From: an uncultured Candidatus Rokubacteria bacterium
GTDB lineage: Bacteria; Methylomirabilota; Methylomirabilia; Rokubacteriales; CSP1-6
DNA: 64,000 nt
Assembly: GCA_963754315.1 (NCBI GenBank)
Contig: CAVWFS010000018.1
Coordinates: forward strand, 384,001 to 448,000
Direction: 5' to 3'
Shown: one piece after another, positions 47,304 to 56,759 of the stretch
How positions within the stretch are numbered: the stretch's first letter is position 1
Layout: each line of letters begins with the position of its first letter
Notes under the pieces: generated by a model
What the model saw: the letters and a program-made list of their open reading frames with translations, nothing else
Databases searched by the model: none
Told to the model about the DNA's origin: nothing
Translations under genes and position numbers: made by a program

Positions 47304-49709
47304 ATGGAGAACCGGGCCCCGCTCACTTCGGCCACCGCGCTGGCCCGAACCCCGCTGTTCTCCCAGCTCAGCCGCGTCGATCTCGCCAAGCTCGCCGGTG
47401 AGCTGGAGGAGCGGCAGTTCGAGGCGGGAGCAATCGTCGTGCGGGAGGGGGAACCCGGTGACGCTCTCTATGTGATCAAGGCGGGTGAAGCTCGGATCGT
47501 CATCGGTACAGACGGCGACCATCTCCGTATCGTGTTGCGGGCCGGGGAGTGCTTCGGTGAGATGGCGCTCCTGACTCACCTGCCACGCACAGCTTCGGTC
47601 GTGGCCCATACAGACCTCACCGTCTGGCAACTCTCGCGTGCCCGCTTCGATACCCTCGTCACCAATGAGCGGGCCATCGCGAAGAACATCGAGCGGGTTC
47701 TCACCGAACGGCTGGCTCTCAGCAACCGCCAGCTCGCTGCCGCGCGCGCTGCTGCTCATACCTTGGCGCGGGCTGCGCTGCGGCTCCTGAGTCCAGGTGC
47801 GATCGCGCTGCTGGGAGGTCTGCTCACGCGGCCCCGCTGGGAGGCCGAGGTGCTCGCCCGGATCTGTGCGCGCACAGGGCAGGAGCAGGCCCTCGTCGAC
47901 CTGGAGCAGGTGCCCGGCTTCGTCGTGCGCGGCGAATCGTGGGTGGCGGCCGAGGCGTCGACGGCGGAACTGATCAGCGAGGCACTGCCGGAGCCGGCGC
48001 CGACGTGGCTCGAGGTGGCGAGTGACGAGTTGGCCCGTGCTGGCGACGCGGTGGGCGCCGTGGAGCTCGCATTGCGCGGGACGGCATTCCCGCGGGCGGC
48101 TGCCCTCCTGGCCGCGGAGCAGGCTCGGCTCGCCGCGACCGTCGCGGTGAACGACGTCGACCGCTGGGTGCTCCGCGCTGCCGCCGACGATGCCCTCGGC
48201 GCCCTGCTCGCAGAACTGCGTACCATGGTCCTGGCTCGCCGCCCTGGTCCTCGCGGACGCAGCAGGCAGCCGCGCGGGCGGTCAGCGCTGAATCGATTGC
48301 GCGTGCGCCTGAGGGTGGTCGGGTTGAGCCGTATTGTCGCCGCCGTGCTGGCCCTGGCCTTCGTCGTACTGGGCTACCTGCTTCCGACGCCGGAGGGACT
48401 GGAACGCGCGGGGCTCGTCACCCTGGGCGCGATCGTGGCCACGGTTCCCCTCCTCGTGGTCGGCCTCCTGCCCGACTACGTGGTGATGCTTCTGCTGGCC
48501 ATCGTCCTGGTGGTGCCGGGGACGGTGTCGCCGGCCGTAATGCTCGGCGGATTCGCGACCCCCGCCTGGTTGATGATTCTCACACTGCTGGTGGTAGGAA
48601 CGGCCGTGTCCCGCTCGGGGCTGATGTTCCGGCTCGTGCTGAAGTCACTCGAACGACTTCCCGGCAACTACCTGACGCAGAGCCTGGTGCTGTCGGGGAC
48701 GGGCATCTTCCTGGCGGCGGGGATCACGAGCGGGGCGACCCGGGTCGCTCTCGGGGTGCCCATCGCGCGGGGCATCGCGGAGAGCCTCGGCTTTACGCGC
48801 CGCAGTGCGGGCGCAGCGGCCATCGGACTTCTGACATTCTTCACCTTCCTCCAGCTGGACACGCTCTTCCTCACCGGATCGTTCACGGCCCTCGTCGTGC
48901 ATGATCTGCTCCCGCCTTCCGCCCGGAGCCAGATCACCTGGTGGCGCTGGTTCGTCCTCGCCCTGTCCCCCGCTCTGCTGATGTTCGTGGCGTACTACGC
49001 ATTCCTGTTTATCCACTTCCGCCCGCGCAGTCTTCGTCAGGTTGACGTCCGGGCCGTGCGCCTGCAAGAGGAGCTGCTCGGATCGCTCACGCGGGCCGAG
49101 ATCTGGAGCGTCGTCGTCCTGGTGGGCTTGGTCGTCGGCTTTGCCACCCGGCCCTATCACGGCATCGCGCCGACGTGGTTGGCGGTCTCCGTCTTCGTGG
49201 TGTTGTTCATGGTCGGCGTTCTCGATCACTCAGCGCTGCAGACAGGTGGTAGCCTCGGCCTGCTCGTCTATTCCGGGCTGATCCTCAGTCTGGGAGTCGT
49301 GTTCGCTGGGCTCGGCATCGACAGCTGGCTGTCCTCGCTGGTGCGCAGCGGGATGCCTCGGATCGTGGCGAATCCGTATGCGTTCGTGCTCGTACTGTCC
49401 CTGGTTGCCTTCGCGCTCCGCTTCTTCGTCCCGTGGATGACGGCGTCCACCCTCCTGGTCCTGGTCACCATCCCGCTGGCCGAGGGCCTCGGCTTCCATC
49501 CAGTCATCGCGGTTCTGGTCAGCCTGATGGCCGGCGCCCACAGCTTTCTCCCGTACGTCAACATGGGGTACTCGATCGTCTACTTCGCGAGCGACGGGGA
49601 GCTGTTCAGCCACGCCCAGGCGCGGCGTCCCCTCATGGTCGAGTCTCTCATCCGGATCCTGGCCTTGGTGGCCAGCGTGCCTATCTGGGACGCTCTCGGA
49701 ATGATGTGA
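47304..49709 (+). CDS. Cyclic-nucleotide-binding domain fused to a DASS/SLC13-like anion permease
   Basis: cNMP domain (EGEPGDALYVI...GECFGEMALL...PRTASV), helical linker, multi-TM C-terminus with GFATPAW, ITSGATR, LFLTG, TWWRWF, FLPY. Confidence 0.8.
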   Translation: MENRAPLTSATALARTPLFSQLSRVDLAKLAGELEERQFEAGAIVVREGEPGDALYVIKAGEARIVIGTDGDHLRIVLRAGECFGEMALLTHLPRTASVVAHTDLTVWQLSRARFDTLVTNERAIAKNIERVLTERLALSNRQLAAARAAAHTLARAALRLLSPGAIALLGGLLTRPRWEAEVLARICARTGQEQALVDLEQVPGFVVRGESWVAAEASTAELISEALPEPAPTWLEVASDELARAGDAVGAVELALRGTAFPRAAALLAAEQARLAATVAVNDVDRWVLRAAADDALGALLAELRTMVLARRPGPRGRSRQPRGRSALNRLRVRLRVVGLSRIVAAVLALAFVVLGYLLPTPEGLERAGLVTLGAIVATVPLLVVGLLPDYVVMLLLAIVLVVPGTVSPAVMLGGFATPAWLMILTLLVVGTAVSRSGLMFRLVLKSLERLPGNYLTQSLVLSGTGIFLAAGITSGATRVALGVPIARGIAESLGFTRRSAGAAAIGLLTFFTFLQLDTLFLTGSFTALVVHDLLPPSARSQITWWRWFVLALSPALLMFVAYYAFLFIHFRPRSLRQVDVRAVRLQEELLGSLTRAEIWSVVVLVGLVVGFATRPYHGIAPTWLAVSVFVVLFMVGVLDHSALQTGGSLGLLVYSGLILSLGVVFAGLGIDSWLSSLVRSGMPRIVANPYAFVLVLSLVAFALRFFVPWMTASTLLVLVTIPLAEGLGFHPVIAVLVSLMAGAHSFLPYVNMGYSIVYFASDGELFSHAQARRPLMVESLIRILALVASVPIWDALGMM

Positions 49710-50316
49710 CAGCCTCGAGGCCCGGCGATGCTCGAGCAGACTCGCGCGGTGAGGCCTCGCAGGCCTGTCGGACGGCCGCCGCCTGGTCGCGCGGCGCCGG
49801 GTGCGACGCGCGCCACTCGTTACTCACAGGGCCGAGATCGGCCAGTCGGGCCAAGACGCTAGCCAAGCCCCGGCAATGCTCCTTGCCGCCGACACGAAGG
49901 AGAAGCACGATCGCGACCTGATCGGCTTGACGCTCCTGGTCGACGCTGTAGGGAGCGGCAGCCCCATGGCGCCGCCCGAGGTGACCGAGCTGGTGGGCAA
50001 GGAGGCCGCGGAGCTCTCCGGAAGAGAGCTCCCTTAGGGCTCCTTCCGTCATGAGCAGGGCCACGGTCTGTGGACAGCGGGGCTCCGACCGGATTGCCAC
50101 CGAGACGTTGATCTGAGGGGCGGGCAGTATGCCGAGCCGCACCACGCAGCCGGACGGAACGCTGATCTGCGCCGCCTGGAGCAGCGGCAGCATCACGCCT
50201 GTCAGCCGTGACTGCTCCTCGGCCGAGGCCTCGCGGAACGGCGCGGATGGCCGAGGGCTGGCGCACCCCATCGCCATCATGCCGGCTAGCAGCAGACCCC
50301 GCCAGAAGGCGGCCAA
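49681..50316 (-). CDS. M48-like metallopeptidase-fold lipoprotein (HQxxH variant)
   Basis: Lipobox AMGC; ELRGLLAHQLGH, YSVDQERQAD, SHPAP. Confidence 0.65.
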   Translation of the reverse strand: MAAFWRGLLLAGMMAMGCASPRPSAPFREASAEEQSRLTGVMLPLLQAAQISVPSGCVVRLGILPAPQINVSVAIRSEPRCPQTVALLMTEGALRELSSGELRGLLAHQLGHLGRRHGAAAPYSVDQERQADQVAIVLLLRVGGKEHCRGLASVLARLADLGPVSNEWRASHPAPRDQAAAVRQACEASPRESARASPGLEAVTSFRERPR

Positions 50317-50339
50317 TGCTTGACCCGCCGGATGTTCCG

Positions 50340-51728
50340 TCAGTACTTGTGAAAGTGCTGGGCGATCTCGAAGGCGACATCCTGGCCCTCGAAGCCGCGA
50401 ACCTCCGAACGCTTCACCGTGAGATAGGCCTGAACGAGCACCTCGCCCAACGCCGCGCGTAGGATATCGTCGTGTTCTAGGGCGTCGAGTGCCTCGCTCA
50501 GCGAGCGGGGCAAACGCCTGATGCCCCGTCGCGCTCGCTCATGGTCCGAAAGGCTGTCCGGATCCACCAGGGTGGGCTCCCCTGGATCCAGCTTGCGTTC
50601 GATGCCGTCGAGACCGGCCGCAAGCAGTCCCCCAAGCGCCAGGTAGGGATTGTTCGAGGGATCGCTGGGCTTCAATTCCAGGTTGGTGGACTCCACTTCC
50701 AGGCCACGCCGCTGCGACGGGATCCGGATGGCTCCCTCGCGGTTGTCGGGGCCCCAGGCGGTGTAGGCGCTCGACCAGAAGCGTGGTTGCAGCCGACGAT
50801 AGGAGTTGACGCTGGGCGCGGTCAGGGCCACCAGGGCGGGCAGGTGAGCCAGCACCCCGCCGATGAAGCTGTAGCCCGCCTCGGACAGACCATAGCGGTC
50901 ACGCTCGCTGTGAAAGTGGTTGGCACCATCCGAGAGCCGCCACAGGCTGAAGTGGATGTGGGCGCCGTTCCCGGCTTCGTCCGGGAAGGGTTTCGGAGCG
51001 AACGAAGCGATGAGACCGTGCTTGAGGGCTACCCCACGCGCGGTCTCGCGCACGGTGATCTGGTTGTCCGCGGCACGGAGAGCCTCGGTGAAGCGGACAG
51101 GCAGTTCCTGCTGGCCCGGGCCCAGCTCGGCGTAGTATTGCTCGGGGTGGACCCCCTGGGCGATGAGCGCCTCGATGAGGTCGGACATGACCGGTGCGGC
51201 CGAATCCATGCCGATCGTCGAGAAGCAGTTGCTGTGATCCAGGGGGACGAAGGCGCCTCCCTCCCGGTGGGCGAGTGTGAACTCGGTCTCGAAGGCGGCG
51301 CGGCAGCCAAGTCCCTGGCTGGCCGCCTGGGTGATGGTTCGCTTGAGGAAGCTGCGCGGGCAGGCGCCCCACGGCTCGCCCGCGAGGGTCAGCATGTCGC
51401 ACAGCAACCGCGCGGAGCGTGGCGCGTATGGCAGGATGGCGAAGGTGGCGGGGTCGGCCATGAGCCGGATCTCACCCACCGGACCGAACGCACCGTCCGT
51501 CGCCAGCTGATCCAGCATGTTCATTGACTGCATGGCGACCGTCAACCCGATGCCCGACATCAGGTAGGACTCGAGGAACTCGGTCGCGCACGCCTTGCCG
51601 CGGATGACGCTGTCGTTCCCGCAGTAGAGGAACCGGACGAGCTGGATTTTCTCGTGACGGCTCTGTCGCACGATGTGACGGTGCCGACGCTGGGTGTCGC
51701 GCTCCTGGCGGGTCTGATCCTCGGTCAT
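50340..51728 (-). CDS. Glutamine synthetase-family (gamma-glutamyl ligase-like) protein
   Basis: FETEF, ELGPGQQE, PKPF...GNGAHIHFSL, NSYRRL, DNRE, NPYL; AGAGGAGG RBS. Confidence 0.9.
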   Translation of the reverse strand: MTEDQTRQERDTQRRHRHIVRQSRHEKIQLVRFLYCGNDSVIRGKACATEFLESYLMSGIGLTVAMQSMNMLDQLATDGAFGPVGEIRLMADPATFAILPYAPRSARLLCDMLTLAGEPWGACPRSFLKRTITQAASQGLGCRAAFETEFTLAHREGGAFVPLDHSNCFSTIGMDSAAPVMSDLIEALIAQGVHPEQYYAELGPGQQELPVRFTEALRAADNQITVRETARGVALKHGLIASFAPKPFPDEAGNGAHIHFSLWRLSDGANHFHSERDRYGLSEAGYSFIGGVLAHLPALVALTAPSVNSYRRLQPRFWSSAYTAWGPDNREGAIRIPSQRRGLEVESTNLELKPSDPSNNPYLALGGLLAAGLDGIERKLDPGEPTLVDPDSLSDHERARRGIRRLPRSLSEALDALEHDDILRAALGEVLVQAYLTVKRSEVRGFEGQDVAFEIAQHFHKY

Positions 51729-51821
51729 GACCGGGCGCCCTCCTCTCGTCGGCGCTGGCATCGCACGTCCGGCGATATTCACGGCCGGTCGGAAAGATAT
51801 CGTGCGATGGCAGGGCCAGCG

Positions 51822-52667
51822 CTACTTCACCGCCCCCGCCGTGAGACCCGACACGTAGTAATCGAGGAAGAACACGTAGAGGATGACGATAGGAACAGAG
51901 CCGAGGATGGCGCCGGCCATGAGCTGGCCCCAGAAGTAGATATCACCGCGGATGAGCTCGCTGGTGACACCCACGCTGGCCGTGATCTGGTCGGACGACG
52001 AGGTGAACGTCAGCGCGTAGATGAACTCGTTCCAGGACAATGTGAAGGCGAAAAGGGCCGCGCACACCAGTCCGGGAATGGCGATGGGCAGCACGATGCG
52101 GAGCAACGCCTGCACACGCGTCGCGCCGTCCACCATCGCGCACTCTTCCACTTCCTTCGGCACCGTCCGGAAGTAGCCCATCAGGAGCCAGGTGCAGAAC
52201 GGCACCAGGAAGGTGGGGTAGGTCACGACCAGGGCCCATTTGGAGTCGGCCAGTCCGATCCAGTTGACCACCTGGGCCAGCGGCAAGAAAAGCAGGGAGG
52301 TCGGCACCAGATAGGTGACAAAAATCCCGGTTCCGAAGGTGCCAACTCCGAAGAATTTCATGCGAGCGAGGGCGTAGGCGGCAATGGTTCCGATGACCAC
52401 CGAGATGGTGGTCGCGAGCAGGGTCACCAGCAAGCTGTTCTTCGTCCACGTGAGGAACGCGCTCTCCCAGATGAGCTTCGTGTAGTGCTCGAGGGTCGCC
52501 CCCTGCCGAATGAGAAGGGGGTTCGCCTGTCGGTCATAGAGCTCCCGGTCCTGCTTCAGCGACGTCAGCGTCATGTGATAGAAGGGAAAGATCGCGAAGA
52601 TCAGGAACGGCACCAGCAGCAGGTGGTTGGCAACTTTCCGGCCCAGTCGCCGACTGTTCCACGGCAT
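51822..52667 (-). CDS. Carbohydrate ABC transporter permease
   Basis: PKEVEECAMVDGA EAA-like loop, SWNEF, GLTAGAVK. Confidence 0.92.
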   Translation of the reverse strand: MPWNSRRLGRKVANHLLLVPFLIFAIFPFYHMTLTSLKQDRELYDRQANPLLIRQGATLEHYTKLIWESAFLTWTKNSLLVTLLATTISVVIGTIAAYALARMKFFGVGTFGTGIFVTYLVPTSLLFLPLAQVVNWIGLADSKWALVVTYPTFLVPFCTWLLMGYFRTVPKEVEECAMVDGATRVQALLRIVLPIAIPGLVCAALFAFTLSWNEFIYALTFTSSSDQITASVGVTSELIRGDIYFWGQLMAGAILGSVPIVILYVFFLDYYVSGLTAGAVK

Positions 52668-53605
52668 CAGTAGGCCTGCTTTCGGACGAATCGTAGCTGC
52701 GCCCACACCACGAGCACCAGCACCGGGAAGAGGTAGAGAGAGATGGCGGCGCCTTCGCCGATCCGCCCCGTCTCCAGCCCAACCTGGCGGGCGAGGGTGG
52801 CAAAGAGGTGGGTGGAGTTGATGGGCCCTCCGTGTGTCAGCACGTACACGATATTGAAGTCGCTGAAGGTGAAGATGGTCGAGAACAGGATGACGATGGC
52901 CAGGACGCCCTTGAGGAGGGGCAGAGTGACGTACCAGAAGCGCGCCATCGGGCCTGCCCCGTCAGCTTCGGCTGCCTCGTACAGTTCTTTGGGGATGGAG
53001 ACGAGGCCGGCCAGGATGGTGATGGCGAAGAAGGGCAGACCGCGCCACACGTTCACGGCGATGACGGCCGCCATGGCGTGGTACTTCTGCCCGAGCCAGT
53101 TCGGACCCGGCGGGTCCATGATGCCAAGGGCGATACCCGTCCAGTTCACCACACTGTAGAGCGAATTGAACATCCACCACCAGCCCAGGGTGGACAGGGC
53201 GGTCGGAATGACCCACGGCAGCAGCACAGCGCCGCGGATCAGCCGTTTGAACCAGAGCTGCTGGTTCAGGAGCAGGGCGAGCGAGATGCCCAGGACGAGC
53301 TTGAAGCCAACAGCGACGCCGGTGAACACGAAGGCATTCTGAAAAGTTTGTCGGAAGGCGTCACTCTGCCAAAGCCCCACAAAGTTCCGGAAGCCGACAA
53401 AATAGCTCGGCCGCCCGACGAAGGCGTTTGACAGGGAGAAGTACACGGCCATGACAAACGGATAGGCCACCAGCACCAGCAACAGAATGAGGGCCGGCGT
53501 CACGAACGCCGGCCCCAGGATGGGCTCGCGGTCGAACAGTTCCCGCAACCGGACATTCAGCGGGCGTGGGGCGGGGGAGGCGACGCCGATGCTTCCGATG
53601 GCCAT
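52667..53605 (-). CDS. Carbohydrate ABC transporter permease
   Basis: LLPWVIP, WRGLPF, LYEAAEADGA, LTHGGP. Confidence 0.92.
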   Translation of the reverse strand: MAIGSIGVASPAPRPLNVRLRELFDREPILGPAFVTPALILLLVLVAYPFVMAVYFSLSNAFVGRPSYFVGFRNFVGLWQSDAFRQTFQNAFVFTGVAVGFKLVLGISLALLLNQQLWFKRLIRGAVLLPWVIPTALSTLGWWWMFNSLYSVVNWTGIALGIMDPPGPNWLGQKYHAMAAVIAVNVWRGLPFFAITILAGLVSIPKELYEAAEADGAGPMARFWYVTLPLLKGVLAIVILFSTIFTFSDFNIVYVLTHGGPINSTHLFATLARQVGLETGRIGEGAAISLYLFPVLVLVVWAQLRFVRKQAY

Positions 53606-53611
53606 GTCAAC

Positions 53612-54886
53612 TCACCCGGCCACGATCTTCTTCATCTCACCCTCCGCCCACGCAATGGACTCTTTGGTGGACGTTCCGGTGACCGCCTTGGCCAGCATGT
53701 TAGGCAGGATGAAGGAGTTGGTGATGAGCTGGATCTTGTCGCTGGGCGGCGCCGGCCAGCCATAGCAGTGAAATTGAACTCCCTCTTGCTTGAGGGCGGC
53801 GAATTTAGGATCGGTCTTCAGCACCGGGTGTTCCTGAATGCTCGCATACACCGGAAGATTGAAGGCATCTCCCGACATGATGTACTCGTCGTAGAGCTCT
53901 TTCTTGCCGAGCAAGTAGCGGATCCATTCCTTGGAGGGCTCGACGTTCTTGGAAAACTTCCAGATCCCGATGTGACGCGGGACGTCGGTCTCGTGGCGGC
54001 CAGCCGGACCAGTGAGACTCCGATGGTGGTTGATGCCATCGGCCGTCACCATCTTCCGATTGCGGGCGAGGATGTAGGCGCTGAGGGGGTTGTGGATCCA
54101 GCCGGCCTTACCGGCCACCAGCGAGTCGTTGTTACTGGCGTTGGTCCAGGACAGCACCTCGGGCTCCATGCAGTCCTTGAACATCTTTTTGTACCACTCG
54201 ACGACCTCGGCCGTCTGGGGCGAGTTGATGCGGACCGTCTTACCGTCCTTGTCGACCTCCATGCCGCCGTAACACCAGAGCACGGCCCCACCCGTCGAGA
54301 TCGTGTCGTAGTTCTGGCTGATGGGGATACCTACCGGGTGCCCCATCTTCTTGAGCTCCTTGCCGACGACGTAGAGCTCTTCCCAGGTGTCGGGCACCTT
54401 GAGGCTTGCCTTCTTGAAGAGGTCTTCCCTGTAGGCGGCTACGAAGAAGGTGTGGTACTGAGGCACAGCCCGCCACACACCCTTGACGTTGGCAGTCTCC
54501 TTGGCCGACGCGAGGGCCGGTCCGTACTTCTTTTCGAGCTCACCCGCCACGTCGGACACGTCGACCAGTTGCGGCTCGTAGAGCCAGGGGAAATGCATGC
54601 GCATCTCGACCAGATCATGGCCAGCCTGGGTCTGCACCTCGGAGGCGTACTTGGCGGCCTGCTGCTCGGCGTTGATGTGGTCGATCTTGATCTTGATGCC
54701 GGTGTCCTTGGTGAAACGCTGGCCGATCTCGGCCAACTTCTTGTCGGAGGCGGGCGCGAAGTTGTTCCAGCAGAGATACGAGATTTCCCGCTGCTGGCCG
54801 CGGGCTGGTGGAATGCGGGTGGCCAGGATGCCGGCGAGGCCGGTGCCGGTCGTGGCGACGAATTGACGGCGGGTGACCTGTGTCAT
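53612..54886 (-). CDS. Tat-exported carbohydrate-type ABC substrate-binding protein
   Basis: MTQVTRRQFV Tat leader, YREDLFKKA...PDTWEEL; GGAGGAG RBS. Confidence 0.88.
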   Translation of the reverse strand: MTQVTRRQFVATTGTGLAGILATRIPPARGQQREISYLCWNNFAPASDKKLAEIGQRFTKDTGIKIKIDHINAEQQAAKYASEVQTQAGHDLVEMRMHFPWLYEPQLVDVSDVAGELEKKYGPALASAKETANVKGVWRAVPQYHTFFVAAYREDLFKKASLKVPDTWEELYVVGKELKKMGHPVGIPISQNYDTISTGGAVLWCYGGMEVDKDGKTVRINSPQTAEVVEWYKKMFKDCMEPEVLSWTNASNNDSLVAGKAGWIHNPLSAYILARNRKMVTADGINHHRSLTGPAGRHETDVPRHIGIWKFSKNVEPSKEWIRYLLGKKELYDEYIMSGDAFNLPVYASIQEHPVLKTDPKFAALKQEGVQFHCYGWPAPPSDKIQLITNSFILPNMLAKAVTGTSTKESIAWAEGEMKKIVAG

Positions 54887-55006
54887 GACTCCTCCACGTT
54901 GAGCGAGCGGTTGAAGCCGATACCCGGATCGAGCAAGCTTGGCGCGACTGTAGACAGCCTTTCGCCGACTGTCAAGGTGAGCACGGGCCAAAAAGGGCCG
55001 GCGTAG

Positions 55007-56653
55007 TCAGGACGAACTCTCGGCCGGCGGCGACCAGTCCTTGAAACGCTCCCGCAGGACCTTCTTGTCGAACTTGCCGACGCTGGTCTTGGGGACCTCC
55101 TCGAGGAAGACGACCTCGTCGGGCAGCGCCCATCGCGCTAGCTGCGGGCGCAGGAACTCGATGATCTCGGCGGCGTCCAGGTGCGCGCCCGGCCGCGGAA
55201 CCACGCAAGCGAGGGGACGCTCCATCCACTTGGGGTGAGGGACGGCGATGACGGCGGCCTCCAGCACCTTCGGGTGGGCCATGATCATGTTCTCTACGTC
55301 CACGCTGGAGATCCATTCGCCGCCCGACTTGATGAGGTCCTTTGTGCGATCGGTGATCTGCAGGTAGCCTTCCCCATCCAGGGTGGCCACGTCCCCTGTC
55401 TTGAACCAGCCATCCTCGGTGAAGCGGGCGGCGCTCTCCGGATTGTCGTAGTAGGCGCCGACCACCCAGGGGCCGCGCACCTGGATTTCGCCCATGCTGC
55501 GACCATCGCCCAGGAGCTCGGTTCCGTCCTCGCCGACGATCCTGAGCTCGACGCCGGCCGCGACGTAGCCTTGCTTGGCCCGCGCGGCGTAGCGCTGTTC
55601 GTCCGGCCAGCCTTGCATATAACTCTTGAGACGACCGATCGTTCCGATGGGCGAGGTTTCCGTCATCCCCCAGGCATGAACGAGGGGCACACCTAACGCC
55701 TTCTCGTAATACTCGATGAGGCTTTTGGGCGCCGCCGAGCCGCCGCAGGGAACGCAGCGCAGGGAGGACAGATCGTATCCCTCCTTCTCGATCAGCTCCT
55801 TGACGGCGATCCACACGGTGGGCACCGCCCCCGTGAAGGTGACCTTCTCGCTCTGCACGAGCTCGCAGATATCGCGTGGTTGGGGACTCGGCCCGGCGAA
55901 GATCTGGGTGGCCCCCACCATGACCCCGGTGTGGGGGACGCACCAGGCGTTGGCGTGAAACATGGGCACGATGTGCAGGATGATATCGCTCTCGGAGAGG
56001 GCGAACAGATCGGTCATGGCCATGGCCATGCAGTGCAGAAAGAGGGCACGGTGCGTGTAGACGACGCCCTTGGGGTGGCCGGTCGTCCCCGACGTGTAGC
56101 ACATGGCCGCCGCCCACCGTTCTTCCAACGCAGGCCAGGCGGAGACCGGGCGGGCGGCCGCCAAGAGGGTCTCGTAGTCGTCGGCCCCGGACGGCAAGGG
56201 GACGTCAGGCGTATCGGGCATGACGATGATGCGCTTGACGGTGGGGATCTTGTCGCGCAACCCGGCCAGGATAGGCAGCAGGCTCGCGTCCACGAAGATC
56301 ACGCTGTCTCCGGCGTGGTTGATGATGTACGCGAGGTCCTGCGTCGAGAGGCGGAGATTCAGGGTGTGCAGAACATATCCCGACAGCGGCACGGCCCAGT
56401 ACAGTTCCAGGTGGCGGTGGCTGTTCCAGGCCAAGGTGGCTACGCGGTCTCCACGCGCGAGCCCGAGACCGCCGAGGACGTTGGCAAGTCGCATGGTTCG
56501 GGCCGCAAAATCGGCGTACGTATAGCGGAAGAGGGGGTGTCCTGGTATCCGCGTGGCCAGCATCTTGCCACCGAAGAGTCGCCGGCTCCGCTCGAAGAAG
56601 TGGGTGAGCGTGAGCGGGAAGTCCATCATGAGGGCGTCGAGAGAGGGTTGCAT
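55007..56653 (-). CDS. Fatty-acid--CoA ligase (AMP-binding)
   Basis: [53 protein letters not shown]. Confidence 0.92.
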   Translation of the reverse strand: MQPSLDALMMDFPLTLTHFFERSRRLFGGKMLATRIPGHPLFRYTYADFAARTMRLANVLGGLGLARGDRVATLAWNSHRHLELYWAVPLSGYVLHTLNLRLSTQDLAYIINHAGDSVIFVDASLLPILAGLRDKIPTVKRIIVMPDTPDVPLPSGADDYETLLAAARPVSAWPALEERWAAAMCYTSGTTGHPKGVVYTHRALFLHCMAMAMTDLFALSESDIILHIVPMFHANAWCVPHTGVMVGATQIFAGPSPQPRDICELVQSEKVTFTGAVPTVWIAVKELIEKEGYDLSSLRCVPCGGSAAPKSLIEYYEKALGVPLVHAWGMTETSPIGTIGRLKSYMQGWPDEQRYAARAKQGYVAAGVELRIVGEDGTELLGDGRSMGEIQVRGPWVVGAYYDNPESAARFTEDGWFKTGDVATLDGEGYLQITDRTKDLIKSGGEWISSVDVENMIMAHPKVLEAAVIAVPHPKWMERPLACVVPRPGAHLDAAEIIEFLRPQLARWALPDEVVFLEEVPKTSVGKFDKKVLRERFKDWSPPAESSS

Positions 56654-56759
56654 CGTATCGGCCTCCTAGATCTTCCGAGGTCGAGAGAGCGTCGGAGTCA
56701 TCGGTGGCAATTTATCACGACGAAATCGGTCGCCGGTGGTCGTGATATGGTGATCGCCG

